Shown: in pieces, positions 36,085 through 36,874 of the stretch | Position numbering within the stretch: the stretch's first letter is position 1 | How the letters are laid out: each line of letters begins with the position of its first letter | From: Sandaracinaceae bacterium | GTDB taxonomy: Bacteria; Myxococcota_A; Polyangia; Polyangiales; Sandaracinaceae | NCBI GenBank assembly: GCA_044220955.1 | Contig: JBGAQA010000068.1 | Location: 1 to 36,874 of the forward strand | Direction of reading: 5' to 3' | DNA length: 36,874 nucleotides | The notes under the pieces: generated by a model | What the model was told of the DNA's origin: nothing | Seen by the model: the letters and a program-made list of their open reading frames with translations, nothing else | Database searches by the model: none | Program-made: the position numbers and the translations under genes

Positions 36085-36154
36085 CGGCCGGAGTGCCCAC
36101 CGACGGCGGGCCGACGCAACTGCGTCGGCTCGGCGCTGCCGAGCCCTCCGGCTG
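36085..36154 (+). repeat. Stand-alone four-way-junction module (family A related)
   Basis: Same stem order as the reverse complement of 23213-23283, with compensatory changes. Confidence 0.8.
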
Positions 36155-36155
36155 A

Positions 36156-36551
36156 TCAACCGCAGGCCAGCGTGCGGTAGCCGTCGCCGGCGAGGAGGCT
36201 CGCGTCGCTCGTCACGAGCGCGAGGTCGTACACCTGCGCCGTCGCGGCCAGGAAGCGATCGGCCGGATCCTGGTGCGGTACGCGGACCCGGCGACTCGCG
36301 AGCGCGACCTCCCGGCCGAGCGCCGCGTCTCGCATCGGCGCACGCGCGAGCGCAGCCTCGATCCAGTCCTGCGCCGATCCCTCGACCTTCACCCTGCCGC
36401 GCTCGATCAAGAGGAGCGTCTCCCACACGCTGATGGGGGAGAGCCAGAGCTCGGCGCGGGGCGCGCTGAGCGCCGCGATCGCGCGCTTGTTGAGCCGCTC
36501 CGGCTCGAGGTGGCTCCAGAGCCAGGCGTGCGTGTCGAGCAGCAGCCTCAA
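36156..36551 (-). CDS. vapC: VapC PIN-domain toxin
   Basis: LLLDTHAWLW, SPISVWE, HQDPADRFL, VTSD; TTG start overlaps antitoxin stop. Confidence 0.92.
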   Translation of the reverse strand: MRLLLDTHAWLWSHLEPERLNKRAIAALSAPRAELWLSPISVWETLLLIERGRVKVEGSAQDWIEAALARAPMRDAALGREVALASRRVRVPHQDPADRFLAATAQVYDLALVTSDASLLAGDGYRTLACG

Positions 36552-36787
36552 CGCAGCGCGTCCCACTCGGCGAGCTCGCTGCTCGGCCGCGTGATGTCCC
36601 CCACGATCTTGCCCGTCCCGCGCATCGCGCCGAGCCAGCGCTTCTTCGCAGCCTCGGGTGCGGGCGGTACGATGTCCGCGACGGGCTTGCCGAAGCGCGT
36701 GACGCGCAGCGGCCGCCCGGTCTTCCGCACGCGCTCGAGCGCCGCGAGGCAGGTCGCCTTGAACTTCGAGATGGGCATCGAGTCCAC
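36548..36787 (-). CDS. Phd/YefM-family antitoxin
   Basis: ISKFKATCLAALERV..TG.PL.VTRFGKPVA; start GTG 36787 or ATG 36778. Confidence 0.9.
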   Translation of the reverse strand: MDSMPISKFKATCLAALERVRKTGRPLRVTRFGKPVADIVPPAPEAAKKRWLGAMRGTGKIVGDITRPSSELAEWDALR

Positions 36788-36793
36788 GGCCCA

Positions 36794-36836
36794 ACGGTCC
36801 CACGCGACGCGACCATGGTCAACGAGCATGGTCAAC
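36794..36836 (-). promoter_or_regulatory. TA promoter and operator
   Basis: TTGACC-17 nt-GACCGT; palindrome GACCATGGTC (36811-36820); CATGGTCAAC repeated at 13-bp spacing. Confidence 0.65.
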
Positions 36837-36874
36837 TCGCGGACCCGTCGGCCGCGCCGGGATGCATCCCCCTC

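Noticed and set aside
36085..36154. tRNA gene
   Set aside because: Cloverleaf topology, but loops are only 1-3 nt, with no TTC T-loop, no anticodon loop and no CCA

Overview
GC-rich (>70%) chromosomal window. The gene content (eukaryotic-like Ser/Thr kinase, Cys-rich lipoproteins, TPR-PEGA protein, alkyl-DHAP synthase, bS21 type) points to a myxobacterium (Myxococcota, probably Polyangiales/Sandaracinaceae-like; inference). About 36 real CDS; most long overlapping ORFs in the track are antisense or off-frame shadows. Housekeeping genes: bioB, aspartate aminotransferase, pal-cpoB, cyoE-sco, ribA, a folE-like gene, rpsU, an aldo-keto reductase, an OmpR/HK pair and a vapBC TA pair. No rRNA, tRNA, CRISPR or transposase was seen. 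Most notable: (1) a modular intergenic repeat family containing a four-way-junction element with compensatory base changes; (2) tandem integrin-beta-like VWA/TSP3 lipoproteins (CglD-like); (3) a recurring -10 hexamer 6-7 nt before start codons, suggesting widespread leaderless mRNAs; (4) an orphan SctQ with an internal RBS/ATG; (5) an active-site-divergent FolE in a MerR-FolE-LonN operon; (6) a zinc-ribbon fused to an Hsp70 substrate-binding domain. All calls are by eye; no searches were run.
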